In this document: positions 38,375 through 52,240 of the stretch, in pieces
How the letters are laid out: each line of letters begins with the position of its first letter
Position numbering within the stretch: the stretch's first letter is position 1
NCBI RefSeq assembly: GCF_006345805.1
Contig: NC_042999.1
Location: 36,704,001 to 36,768,000 of the forward strand
Direction of reading: 5' to 3'
DNA length: 64,000 nt
From: Octopus sinensis
Taxonomy: Eukaryota
Program-made: the position numbers and the translations under genes
The notes under the pieces: model-generated
The model's database searches: none
Told to the model about the DNA's origin: nothing
The model's input: only the letters and a program-made list of their open reading frames with translations

Positions 38375-38733
38375 TACATACATTCAAACATATATATGTA
38401 TGTATCTGTAAATGTAGACCTCTGTTCAGACACATACACAATCATGCATGCCTACACTTGCTCACACACACATATGTACATATGTACATAAAATTAATTA
38501 TTATTATGATAATTAGTCATAGAAAGCAAACCAGGTCCCTAAACTTCATAGGTCATATCAGACTGGTAAGATCAAATTTTGCATATACAAATAACATGCA
38601 TGCTACAGTATGGACATGAGTATATGTGTGTGGTTGTATACAAATGATACATACATCTATATATTTAAACACACACACACATATATATGAGTGTATGTAT
38701 AAATATATGTGTACATATATAATATATATATAT

Positions 38734-38808
<75 letters not shown>

Positions 38809-39095
38809 TATATATATATATATATATATATACTCGTGGAGTGGTTGGCGTTAGGAAGGGCATCCAGCTGTAGAAACACTGCCAGATCAGACTGGGCCTG
38901 GTGCAGCCTACTGGCTTCCCAGACCCCAGTTGAACCATCCAACCCATGCTAGCATGGAAAACGGACGTTAAACGATGATGATGATGATGATGATGATGAT
39001 GATATATATATATATGTGTGTCCTACTAACTTCAACTCTTCAACTTGTAAACATATATGTATGTTGACTAACATCTGCTTGCTCAAATATGCACT

Positions 39096-39096
<1 letters not shown>

Positions 39097-39188
<92 letters not shown>
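39097..39188. repeat. Pure (GT)n microsatellite
   Basis: About 45 uninterrupted GT units. Confidence 0.95.
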
Positions 39189-39191
<3 letters not shown>

Positions 39192-39257
39192 CATCAATGC
39201 ACATTATCATGTGTGCTGATATCTCAAATAGTAAGAGAGTATGGAAAAGATAGAGAG

Positions 39258-39292
<35 letters not shown>

Positions 39293-40384
39293 AGTCAGAA
39301 AGAAAGTAAGAAAGCAAGAGAGAGAGAGTGAGACGGTTAGAAAGAAACAAAAAGAGAGAACGAGAAGAAAGAGAGAAGGAAGGATCAAAAGGTTTAGATG
39401 TGTACATAACATACATCCGTGCTAAGCCTGTGTGTGTCAGCTTGGTAAAACACTCTCATTTCTTTGGTCTTTGGAAACAGCTGGTAGTGCAATGCTCCGA
39501 CACACCATCATATGCACACACACACTAATGCATGTATACATAAATGCACACAGTTCATGTACATGTGTGTGAGAATGTGTGCATGCATACAGCACACCCA
39601 CACACATATATACAAAGGCACAGCTGTGGTTGTGTGGTTAAGAAACTTGCTTCCCAACCATACGGTCATGGGTTCCGTCCCATAGCGCAGTACTTTGGAC
39701 AAGAGTTTTCTACTATACTCCAAAGTCGAACTAAACCTTGTGAGTGGACTTAATAAATGGAAACTGCAAGAAGCCTATTGTATATAGTGTGTGTGTGTGT
39801 GTGTGTGTATTTATGTATGTGTTTGTGTATATCCTTATCAAAAACATCTCATGATGGTTGTAAATGAGTTGTTTCCAATCTCCAATGAAAAATATATCTA
39901 GCAGACTTTTAATTAAAACGTTCTTAGGTGTTTATAAAACTATAAGAGAAAAATTCCCATGTAGTTTGAGGATTTAAAAAAATCAGTTGATAAAAGGTTA
40001 TTGGAAGGGCCTTTTAAAAAACATTCACCAGCAGAGAGGCCTGGATTTCCAGGGTTTCTCAAAAATCAAGGTGAGTAACCTTGATTTTTCTTTCTCTGAC
40101 TAACATGACGGTAATGAGAATGGAGTGAGCTGGCAGAATCGTTAGCACGCCAGGTGAAATGCTTACTGGTATTTCGTCTGCCGTTACGTTCTGGGTTCAA
40201 ATTCCGCCAAGGTCGACTTTGCCTTTCATCCTTTCGGGGGTCGATTAAATAAGTACCAGTTACGCACTGGGGTCGATATAATTGACTTAATCCGTTTGTC
40301 TGTCCTTGTTTATCCTCTCTGTGTTTAGCCCCTTGTGGGTAGTAAAGAAATAGGTGCTGAGAATGGGGTGTGTGAATGTGCAAG

Positions 40385-43365
40385 GTCTGGGATCAGCATG
40401 GAAGCCAGGTCACTTGCTCAATGATCTCAGGTCGCTTGATTTAAATGTGGCTGCCATTAGTGAAACAAGTATCTCTGGAAAAACATGCTCTAGCATCCAT
40501 TTTTGAAGACTGTAAGGTATTCTCATCTGGTGATCTATCAGAAGCAGGTGGCAATGTAGCAGTGCTACTCCAGAAATTCTTAGGTTTCTGAGTATGGTCT
40601 GTCTTCCTAGACTCAGATGGTAGATTGGTGGTCCTGAATGTGAATGGCAGTGAAAGTGATGGCTTTAGACTGATGGTGGTTTATGCCCCAACAGGGGCTG
40701 GAAGGCCAAATTTCTTCAGATGACTAGAAACATTCTTGGGAACGTCTCACACTTCAGTACTAGTGGGGGACTGAAATAGTATTTTGGATGCACTGAAGGA
40801 CTGTGCGGGTTTAGTACATATCAGAATGAGGTTAAAAGCCTTGAAAACCTGCCCAGGACTTTCCAGCTTCCTGACAGGTATCAACTAGATTTCCCTGATG
40901 TGCCAGTGTTGACATGGAGCAACCACAACGGGTCATCCAGATCATATTTAGATAGAGTATTTGTTAGTCAGAGAATCGGGATAGCATAGGTTGTCCACAA
41001 TTTAAATTGGTCAGCTACACAGATCACAAATTTGTGATCTGCACAGTCAATTTAGAAAGGACTCGTAGACAGGGACCCGGTTACTGGAAGTTGAATGCAT
41101 CCTTACCAGCTCACAAATACTACAGGGACCGGATTAGCAAACTAGTTAAGCAGCAATTGATGAGGGCTATCATCAACAACTGGTGGTGAATCACTCTGAA
41201 GAGAGTGATTAGAATAGAATCGATAGCATTTAGTAAAGATTTAGCAATAGAAATAGATAAGAGGGAGAACTAGTTACTAAATTAGAAGAGGCTATTAGTA
41301 AAGGCATTGCAGCTGACATGCTAGTGGTGAGAATGGCTTTTGACCATTTCTTTGAGGCGAAACATGAAGGATGCATTGTCAGAGTGTGCTTGTGTGCTAT
41401 GACACAAAGGAAGTAAAGCCATCCAATGGACCCAAATGGTAGAGATGTGATGTGGAAACAAAACCCCAATCAAGTCTTTGATGGATCAGGACAGACACAT
41501 GCTACTCAGTTCTGAGCAGATGTATGTGGCTTTCCAACAGCACTTTGCATGGCTGTTTGAGGAGGGTGATGGGTTGGCAACAGTAGCGGTGTTTACTTTG
41601 TACCTGGACAGCTTACTGCAGCTCTCAGTAACAGAAGTGAGATTTTGTGAAAAGCCAATTACAACCACTGAAATACAGGAGGTGATGAGCAATTGCACAA
41701 GTCACAAATCGCCCAGTTTGGACAGTCTGTTCTACGAATTCTTTGTATTCATGCCAGATTTGTTTGGCAGCCTTTTGGCAGACATCTACAGTAACTAGCA
41801 ACAGAATGGGAGAATTCTTAGTGCTGTTAGCCGGGATGTGGTAACACTGCTGAGAAAGCAAGCCAACAATGGGGACTTGCTAGGAAATTTTCAGCTCATA
41901 ACTCAGCTAAATATAGAGTTTAAGATTGTGGCCAAGGTGTTAGCAAAAAGGTTGGTGCTTGTCGTCGGTAGTCTGGTTGGGGAGGCACAAATGTGCACAA
42001 TCCTGAATAGGTCTATCCACGACAACCTCCACCTTATGCAATACATCGTAGAGAGGGTGGGGACTAAAGCTGGCTTCAGTGGGGCCCTGATCAATTTAGA
42101 TCAGTCGAAAGCTTTTGATAGAGTTGACCATTGCTACTTGGAAGCCATCCTTAAAGCAACCAGTTTTGGACCCATTTTCTGAGGCAGGATTGCTGCAATG
42201 TACAGTGGCACCTGCTTGGTGATCAAAGTAAAGGGCCATCTATCAGAACTGTTTAGTATCGCACATTCAGGCCGTCAAAGCTGCTCACTGCCACCTCTTC
42301 TGTATGTGTTGATGCTCAAGCCACTGCTGTGGAAGTTGGAACAGTTAAGAGGCCTCCCTTTCAAAATTGGGCTCAGGAGGGCAGTGTTGGTGTTCACAGA
42401 CAACGTCACCATCATGGTGTCAAATGCCTCCAAAGTGGAGAGATGGTCGGCTCCATTGTAAGGGAATATGAGTCTGTTGCAGGGGCCAGAATCAATGCCA
42501 ACAAGTTGGTGGAATTGCAACTGGGCACCTGGAGAGGTAGATTGATGCCGTCAGCTGGCAGCATCAGACGCTGGACTGTTGGACCAGTTAAACTGCTTGG
42601 GGTTTGGTTCAGTGGATAAGAATTGGGAAGAGGTAACAAATAGGATGGCCTGTCTTACCCAGAAATGGGCAGAGAGGAAGTTGTCTCTGAAAGGTAGCGA
42701 ATGCCTACATTGCCTTTGTCATTATTTATCATCTGACCGTTGTGTCTTGCCCCAGTTACTGCTTGATTAGGTTGGAGTGTATCCTGTTTATTTTCTTGTG
42801 GAAAGGACTCATTCCGATGGCCAGGCAGTCAGTCTGTTGCCAAACTCCCTCTGCATGGCAGCTTGGGTCTGCCATGGCTTTTGATGCACAGATATGCACT
42901 CAGGTTGCATCATCTGCAATGATTTCTAGAAGGCGAACGTGTGTAGGCTCTGTTTATGAGACATACCTTTCCGCAGCTCATCTCTTTGATGGAGCTGCAG
43001 TCCTGGGTAAAGGATAGGCCAAGACTGGGTGCATGGCATTTAGAATGTTGTCAGGCACTCACTGTCCTCTACAAGTCAGGCAATAGGATCAGTGACTGTT
43101 CCACTTTAATTACGTACAGAGGATTAGTAGCAGGGAAGGGTGATGGATAATTTTCAGATGTCTTTAGCCTGGCATGTTACCAGTGGATGCTGCCAGTTTG
43201 AGATAAACTCTACAGGCACAGATGTGCTGTCAGATAGACTTTCCGAGGTGCTTGCAGTGTCTGGGTATTGCTGACTTCTGGAGTAATGTTGAACAGCTGC
43301 TATCACATGTGGGATGGATCCGTCTGTCAGCCAAGTCCATAACAATGATTGCCCACCACCCTCCT
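40385..43365 (+). mobile_element. Degenerate Tx1/L1-clade LINE ORF2 (APE endonuclease plus RT)
   Basis: HLLNDLRSLDLNVAAISET, YTDHKFV, GPGYWKLNASL, QLITQLNIEFKIVAKVLAKRL, LDQSKAFDRVDH, FTDNV (YADD-like). Many stops and frameshifts. Confidence 0.85.
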
Positions 43366-43369
43366 TTAA

Positions 43370-45206
43370 TACCACCAACAACAACTGTAGCAGATATAAC
43401 TGCAGGAGCAACACCAAAACAATATTATAGCAACAAATGCTGCAATTACTGAAATCATCAGGAAAGTCAGAAGAAGTGTTCTTGACAGACTATGTCATGA
43501 ACTCCATAACAGAGTTAAAATACGAACCTGGTGAAGGAGTTACCTTTGAAGCATACTACAGAAGATATGGAAATATAGGACATATAAAGATACACTGTAG
43601 AATGAAGATGACAAAACGTCAGAACAAAGGAAAAAGAATAAATAGTATGTCATCAGAAGAAATTGGTAATATAATGATGAGGAAATTTGTGAATGTGAAA
43701 ATCAGAAATACAAGAGTTAAAATGCAATTGGACATTGGTAGTGACATCACGAAAAACTGTGGAAATATGCCAATAAGCCGAAATTAATTAAATTGAAAAA
43801 GGTAGTACATTGTGTTATGGAAAAAAGATTATATTTTTTCAGTGAATTCATATGTAATGTAGCATTTCAAAGTCAAACAAAAAAGATGAAGATATATACG
43901 TTAAAAAGTTCACTTAATCTATTCGGCACAGAGTGGATAGAACTAAACAAAGTTTGGAATATGCCCATAAATGTTTTGTGTGGAAATATAGTCAATTCAG
44001 TCGAAGGTTCAAATGCAGCTGAGGGACTGAAACAAAATACTGCAGTAAAACGAAATGAAAAATTGCCCACAATAAAAAGTAAACATCGTTCAAATGTAGA
44101 TGTTCCACGGTACACATCGATTTCACTGGTCCTTTAAACAGTTCTTACTACTTAGTGCTAGTTGATAGTTTTTTGAAATGGCATGAAATTTGCAAGTGTA
44201 AAAAAACCAACCTCTTCAACAGTGATGAATTTTTTACATGAATCATTTGCGAGATTTGGCACCCCAGGCAAGAAAGTGTCTGACAATGGAACACAATTTG
44301 TGTCTAACAAATTTAGAAAATTTTGTGAAATGTTCACGGTAGAACATGTAACTACTGTGCCATACCATTCCAGATCTAACGGACAGGCAGAACGCTTTGT
44401 TGATGCTTTCAAGAAAGTTGAATAAGGAAGTCACAGGTGAGGTAGCTCTACAACGAATTTTAAGAGTGTACTGTGTGACACCAAATCCGAATACATCTGC
44501 AGGTAGCTCACCAGCTGAGCTGATGTTTGCAAGGAAAGTAAAATCAGTCTTTGATAAATTGCTACCTGGCAAAAGAAAAAGTGCCAGGGAAGGCATAGCA
44601 AGATTCTTTAAAGTTGGTGAAAATGTGTATACGAAGACATACAAGAATGGAAATCTGAGTTGGGAAGATGGCATAATTACCAAATGCACACGTAAAAAGA
44701 TGTATTGGGTAAAAAGTAGAAATGGCATACAAAAGAGACACAGGAACCAACTGAAAAAGAGATTTGTGGAAAGCAAACCAAAGTTGAAAGAACTGATGGA
44801 ATGGTTGTACGATAAATTCCAAGTACCAACACCACAACAGGTGATCGAACCCAGGCATACAAGTGAGAGGAAAAGAAAACATACAGAGTTCCGGAAAATC
44901 GATGCCAAGTGCCAAAAATATTAAAGTGTATGGAAAAAAAACCCTCAAAAACAGGGAGGTGGAGTCAATAAGAAAAATGTATTGCTAAATAAAATGACAC
45001 TTCCTAAGAAACACTTGAAAGGGGAGATGTTGTAGGGGATTAATAATAAATGGTACACCCCTTGCATGTGACAAGTGGTATGAGTTAGTCAATATAAAAA
45101 GGAGAGTACAAGACAGTATGAGAGAGTACGTAGTAGGTGGTCAGAGATAGTCATGTCTTTACTGGTTTTACTAAGTATACTGTATACCAAAGTGGGCTTT
45201 ATAACA
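43370..45206 (+). mobile_element. Ty3/gypsy (K02A2.6-like) internal-deletion derivative with 3' LTR
   Basis: gag-like ITELKYEPGEGVTFEAYYRRY, protease VKMQLDIGSDIT, integrase VSDNGTQF...PYHSRSNGQAERFV. PPT gaaaggggaga at 45017-45027, then LTR TGTTGTA...TATAACA (45028-45206). Confidence 0.8.
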
Positions 45207-45969
45207 ATCCAAAATTTTAAGAATTATACTGTGTATACCTTTTTTTTTTCCATTGTATGTAAACCCCCACATTTTATGTCTGCCTTTGTATTGTCCCCTT
45301 CATCCTTCACTCAAGTGGCAAATAAAAGAAATCATCATCATCATCAGTATTATTATATCCGACTCCCTACGAAAAATACGAAATACGAAAAATGAATCCA
45401 AGCTAAGCAATCTATATTAAATTTCAACCCGTGTACCTACTTAACTATCTGCAACTGATCTGATCTTTTAGTTAGCCCTGTTTTATCTCTATTAGTATTA
45501 TTGTTATGACTTGTGAAATTTAGCCTCACGCCTTGTGTCTTTTTATATGTACATATAATTCTATAGTTCATCTTAATTATATATCGTTGTCTCATGCCTT
45601 GTGTTAAATATATATTTAATCTTAAAGCTTGCCCCTAATTTTATTTTATCGATCAGTCTCACGCCTCGTAGATATAGAATAAACGTATTTATAATTTATA
45701 GCTCCTTATCGTTCACGCTTCTCCCATAGATTAGGCAAAATTTAGGTATTTATAGCTACTAATAACTATTTCTCTCCTATGAAGGGAATGGCTGCCGCCC
45801 GGTTTTCGCGTCGCACCCGCCCTCCCACCCCCACCACCGGTACAGGAAGTCCTAAATTTTCTCATCCTTGTCTCCCTTATACACTTCAAAGTCTTACGCC
45901 ACCCCACCTCCTTCCATAATAGGTAGTGGTCAGTCATTGCAAGATATGTTTAGTGTTGTGTACGAGGTT

Positions 45970-48900
45970 TGAACTTAAGTCCTATGTTTGTCTATGAATA
46001 CTGCCAAACGCGAGTTTTCTTTCAGGTCCACGACGCTATTAGGACCAATACCACTTCCACCCCCACCCACAGCCTCAGGGTTGGCACCCTCAACGTTGGC
46101 ACACTGAAAGGCAGATCTGGCGAGATAGTTGAATTGCTTGAACGGAGGGGGGTTGATATATGCTGCATTCAAGAAGTGAGGTGGAGAGGAGGTTCTGCTA
46201 GGTTCCTCACAGGCAAAGGACAGAGGTACAAGATTTTCTGGGCTGGGAATACTGACGGAGTCGGGGGTGTGGGCATGCTTATCGCCGAAAAATGGGTAGA
46301 TAAGGTAATCGAGGTAGTCAGAGTAAGTGACAGAATAATTAAGATTAGATTAGTGCTCCACCATAGTTTAGCAACTATTATATCGGCCTATGCCCCTCAG
46401 CCAGGGCTACCTGATGGACAGAAAGACTGTTTCTATGACACCCTACTGCAGACCACATCATTGACGAACGACAGGGACCTTCTCTTTGTGGCTGGTGACT
46501 TCAATGGGCATGTTGGACGATGTGCTGGGGGCTTCCATGGCGTGCATGGAGGCTACGGTTATGGTTCCCGCAACGAGGAGGGAACCAGGCTGCTGGAGTT
46601 CTGCGATGCGAATAGTCTTATGATTTGCAACACTAACTTCAGGAAACCGACAAGCCACCTGGTCACCTACCGATCAGGCCGGCATACTAGCCAAATCGAC
46701 TACATCCTTGCCAGAAAAAGGGAAAGATGGCTGCTTATAAATGCCAAAACCTTCCCAGGTGAAGAATGCATCCCACAACATAGACTGGTAGTTAGTGACT
46801 TTAGGATCAGGACTAAGAGGGCGACTAGAAGACGACCAACATGGAGAAGAAGGGTCTGGAAGCTTAAAGACCCTGCGAATGGACAGAGATTTAGAGATAT
46901 GTTATTTGAAGCCTTAGACGAAATGGAAGGGAGTATAGCTACGCATGGGGTAGAAGACAACTGGACGCTTCTGAGGGACAACCTGCTGAAAGCCGCTGAC
47001 CAGATCTGTGGCTGGTGCAAAGTCCCTTAAGACCCAAAATAACGTCGGTGTGGAACAATATTGTTGACAGGGCTATTAGACAAAAGAAACAGGCTTGGAA
47101 GGCCTGGAAGAACGGTGGTAGCAGGGAAGTGTATCAGTCTGCCAGAAGGGAAGCCAGGAGACAGGTCTATCTAGCCAGAGGGGAGGCAGATAAGGAAAAA
47201 TTTGCCAATGTCCTGCGTCGTGAGGATGAAAGACTTGAGGTATTTCGTGTTGCAAGACAGTGTGTGAGAGAGAATCGTGACGTGGTAGGAGAGAAATGTG
47301 TTCGCAAGGATGACGGTTCACTTGCGCTTAATGAGGATGCAAGAGAGAGGCTTGGAGACGCCACTATGATAGGTTGCTGAATGAAGAAAATGAATGGGAT
47401 AAAGAGAGTCTGCCGAATGTCGACCCAACAGAGGGACCAGCAATCCGAGTTAACAGTTCCTTAGTAGATAAGGCAATTAGAAGCATGAAAACAGGGAAAG
47501 CCCCAGGCCCATCAGGAATTACTGCAGAGATGCTCAAAATATCTGGTGGTGTCGGCTATAGCTTAGTCACCCGTATAGTTAACCAGGTGATACACGAGGG
47601 GGTCATACCCAATGACTGGTGTAGCAGCATAATAGTCAACTGCTACAAAGGTAAAGGCGACGCCCTAGAGACAAATAACTACAGGGGCATCAAGCTGCTG
47701 GATCAGGTAATGAAGGTTATGGAGAGGGTTATAGCCCAACTAATTAGAGAGAGAGTTAGCTTAGATGATATGCAGTTTGGGTTCGTGCCAGGGAAAAGTA
47801 CTACTGATGCTATATTCCTGGTAAGACAGCTGCAGGAGAAATACCTAGCCAAAGATAAGCCCTTGTACCTGGCTTTTGTTGACTTGGAGAAAGCCCTTGA
47901 CAGGGTCCCCCGATCAATGAGGAAACTAGGGATAGAAGAATGGTTGGTGAGAGCTGTGCAAGCTATGTACAGAGACGCTGCTAGTAAGGTGTGGGTTGGC
48001 AACGAGTACAGTGAAGAATTCCGGGTAGAGGTTGGGGTCCACCAAGGTTCAGTCCTCAGTCCCCTCCTATTTATCATAGTCCTCCAGGCAATAACGGAGG
48101 AATTCAAGACAGGTTGCCCCTGGGAGCTCCTCTATGCTGATGACCTTGCTCTAATTGCTGAGTCACTATCAGAACTGGAGGAGAAGTTTCAGGTGTGGAA
48201 ACAAGGATTAGAATCGAAGGGCCTTAGAATCAACCTAGCCAAAACCAAAGTCCTAATAAGTAGGAAGGTAGATCAATCACAAACGCCTTCAGGTAGATGG
48301 CCCTGCTCGATCTGTAAAAAAGGTGTAGGTAGAGAAACTCTATAAGATGCACCAAGTGTAAGCTATGGACACATAAGAGGTGCAGCAATGTCAAAGGAAG
48401 GCTAACTAGGAAATAGTTTTTGTCTGTGGCAAATGCTCAGGAGCAATAAACACTGGAAATGTGCAGAGACCAACTTCTGCCACGTTCCAGGGAGACAAAC
48501 TAGAAGTAGTTGATAGCTTCCGCTACCTAGGAGACCAAGTCAGTAGCAGGGGGGGTGTGCTGAAAGTGTAACTGCTAGAGTAAGAATAGCCTGGGCAAAG
48601 TTTAGAGAGCTCTTACCCCTGCTGGTGACAAAAGGCCTCTCGCTCAGAGTAAAAGGCAGACTGTATGATGCATGTGTACGTACAGCCATGCTACATGGTA
48701 GTGAAACATGGGCCGTGACTGCTGAGGATATGCGTAAGCTCGCAAGAAATGAAGCCAGTATGCTCCGATGGATGTGTAATGTCAGTGTTCATAATCGTCA
48801 GAGTGTAAGTTCCTTGAGAGAAAAGTTGAACCTAAGAAGCGTCAGTTGTGGTGTGCAAGAGAGACGGCTGCGCTGGTATGGTCATGTGATGAGAAAGGCT

Positions 48901-51360
48901 GAAGATAGTTGTGTGCAAAAGTGCTACACCCTAGCAGTTGAGGGAACCTGTGGAAGAGGTAGACCCAGGAAAACCTGGGACGAGGTGGTGAAGCACGACC
49001 TTCGAACTTTAGGTCTCACTAAGGAAATGTCTAGAGACCGAGACCTATGGAAGTATGCTGTGCGTGAGAAGACCCGGCAAGACTAGTCAGGCCATAACCC
49101 GTGGCCCCTACCTGGGACGTAGTCAGTCCTCCTGTGCATACCTTCCTTCTTGTGACACTTATGAAGACCTGTTGAGGCAAGTGAAAATCAAATCAAAACA
49201 AATCAAAATAGATGAACATCAGTGGAATTGTATTCTTTGTGGTACCAGTGCCGGTGGCACACAAGAAAACCACCCAAACGTGGCCGTAGCCAGTACCGCA
49301 TTGACTGGCCTCCGTGCTGTGGGCACAACAAACACCATCCGATCGTGGCCGTTCGCCAGCCTCATCTGGCACCTGTGTCGGTGGCACATAAAGACACCAT
49401 CCGAAGACCCGGCGATGTAGTCAGTCCACCTGTGCACACCTTCCCTCTTATGACACTTGTGAAGACCTGTTGAGGCAAGTGTGTGACACTTGTGAAGACC
49501 TGTTGAGGCAGAAGCAAGTGTGTGACACTTGTGGAGACCTGTTGAGGCAAGTGTGTGACCCTTGTGAAGACCTGTTGAGGCAAGTGAAAATCAAATCAAA
49601 CCAAATCAAAATAGATGAACATCAATGGAATTTGTATCTTTGTGGTTCCAGTACCGGTGGCACACAAGAAAACCATCCGAACGTGGCCGTAGCCAGTACC
49701 GCATCGACTGGCCTCCGTGCTGTGGGCACAACAAACACCATCTGATCGTGGCCGTTCGCCAGCCTCATCTGGCACCTGTGTCGGTGGCACATAAAAACAC
49801 CATCCAAAGACCCGCGACGTAGTCAGTCCACCTGTGCATACCTTCCCTCTTATGACACTTGTGAAGACCTGTTGAGGCAAGTGAAAATCAAACCAAATCA
49901 AAATAGATGAACATCAATGGAATTTGTATCTTTGTGGTTCCAGTACCGGTGGCACACAAGAAAACCATCCGATCGTGGCCGTTCGCCAGCCTCATCTGGC
50001 ACCTGTGTCGGTGGCACATAAAAACACCATCCAAAGACCCAGCGACGTAGTCAGTCCACCTGTGCATACCTTCCTACTTATGACACTTGTGAAGACCTGT
50101 TGAGGCAAGTGTGTGACACTTGTGTAGACCTGTTGAGGCAAGTGAAAATCAAAATCAAATCAAATCAAATCAAACCAAATCAAAATAGATGAACATCAAT
50201 GGAATTTGTATCTTTGTGGTACCAGTACCGGTGGCACACAAGAAAACCATCCGAACATGGCCGTAGCCAGTACCGCATCGACTGGCCTCTGTGATGTGGG
50301 CACATAACAAACACCATCAGATCGTGGCCGTCCGCAGCCTCATCTGGCACCTGTGTCGGTGGCACATAAAAACACCAACCGAAGACCCGGCAAGACTAGT
50401 CAGGCCATAACCCATGGCCCCTACTTGGGACGTAGTCAGTCCACCTGTGCATACCTTCCTTCCTTCTTGTGACACTTGTGAAGACCTGTTGAGGCAAGTG
50501 AAAATCAAAATCAAATCAAATCAAATCAAAATAGATGAACATCAATGGAATTTGTATCTTGTGGTACCAGTGCCGGTGGCACACAAGAAAACCATCCGAA
50601 CGTGGCCGTAGCCAGTACCGCATCGACTGGCCTCCATGCTGTGGGCACGCAACAAACACCATCCGATCGTGGCCGTTCGCCAGCCTCATCTGGCACCTGT
50701 GTCGGTGGCACATAAAAACACCATCCGAAGACCCGGCAAGACTAGTCAGGCCATAACCCGTGGCCCCTACCTGGGACGTAGTCAGTCCACCTGTGCATAC
50801 CTTCCTTCTTGTGACACTTGTGAAGACCTGTTGAGGCAAGTGAAAATCAAATCAAATCAAAACAAATCAAAATAGATGAACATCAATGGAATTTGTATCT
50901 TTGTGGTACCAGTGCCGGTGGCACACAAGAAAATCATCCGAACGTGGCTGTAGGCAGTACCGCATAGACTGGCCTCCGTGCTTTGGCGACGTAACAAACA
51001 CCATCCGATCGTGGCCGTCCGCCAGCCTCATCTGGCACCTGTGTCGGTGGCACATAAAAACACCATCCGAGCGTGGCCGTCTGCCAGCCTCGTCTGGCAC
51101 CTGTGTCGGTGGCACATAAAAACACCATCCGAGTGTGGCCGTTCGCCAGCCTCGTCTGGCACCTGTGTCGGTGGCACATAAAATCACCCACTACACTCTC
51201 GGAGTGGTTGGCGTTAGGAAGGGCATCCAGCTGTAGAAACACTGCCAGATCTGACTGGCCTGGTGCAGCCTTCGGGCTCCCCAGACCCCAGTTGAACCGT
51301 CCAACCCATGCTAGCATGGAAAACGGACGCTAAATGATGATGATGATGATGATGATGATT
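45970..51360 (+). mobile_element. Near full-length RTE LINE (APE plus RT), disrupted, with amplified 3' UTR and (GAT)n tail
   Basis: LRVGTLNVGTLKGRSGE...IQEVRW, AGDFNGHVG, PQHRLVV, AFVDLEKALDRVP, GVHQGSVLSPLLF, LYADDL, LRWYGHV. Frameshifts near 47026, 47345, 48330 and 48410. The ORF stop is at 49086. The 5' UTR may start near 45360. Confidence 0.92.
49070..51190 (+). repeat. Six-unit tandem array of RTE ORF end plus 3' UTR
   Basis: The marker atagatgaacatca occurs at 49208, 49611, 49903, 50185, 50531 and 50872 (spacings 403, 292, 282, 346, 341). Confidence 0.9.
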
Positions 51361-52209
51361 CTGAGTTCAAATTACACCGAGGTCGACTTTGCCTTTCATC
51401 CTTTCGGGGTCGATATATTTAGTACCAGTGAAACACTGGGGTTGATGTAATTGACTAGTTCCCTCCCCAAAAAAATTTCAGATCTTGTTCCTATAGTAGA
51501 AAGGATTGTTATTATTGTTGTTGTTATTATTATTATTGTTGTTGTTGTTGTTATTGTTGTTATTATTATTACTATTATTATTATTATTACTGTTGTTGTT
51601 ATTATTATTGTTGTTGTTGTTATTGTTGTTATTATTATTACTATTATTATTATTGTTGTTGTTGTTATTATTATTATTAAGGCGGCAAGCTGGAAGAATC
51701 ATTGGTACACTGAGCAAAAAACTGAGCAGCATATCGTCCATCCTTACATTCTAAGTTCAAATTCCACCAAGGTCAACTTTGCCTTTCATCCTTTTTGGCA
51801 TCGATGAAATAAGTACCAGCTATGCACTGGAGTTGATATAATTAACTTGCCCACCCCCTCAAAAAAATTTCAGGTGTTGTACCTATATTAGAAAGGATTG
51901 TTGTTGTTGTTATTATTATCATTGTTGTTGTTGTTATATTTTAAAAAGGATTAAAACTCAAGTAGATTGAGATGATTGATTTTATGGTACACAGAATAAG
52001 AATTGGAATATGTAGAAATTTTGGAAGTTACCAAAGCAGCCAGGTGTACTTTACATTTAAATTTCTGTAATTTTGAATTTTTATCACATCTTATTTGGAA
52101 CTTGACAAAGACAGATGTACTGTTGAAATATCGTTCAACTAATAAAATATCTTACAATTGAATCGCGCTCTTCGTCTTGACTATTATTATTATTATTACT
52201 ATTATTATA

Positions 52210-52240
<31 letters not shown>

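Noticed and set aside
40061-40089. Perfect 12-bp hairpin aaaaatcaaggt-gagta-accttgattttt
   Set aside because: An isolated, AT-rich stem with no supporting context such as a TSD, second copy or gene. Not assignable.
45360-45970. HDV-like ribozyme in the RTE 5' UTR
   Set aside because: Only loose ctcacgcc repeats were seen, and I could not build the P1/P3/L3 architecture by eye. A covariance search would be needed.
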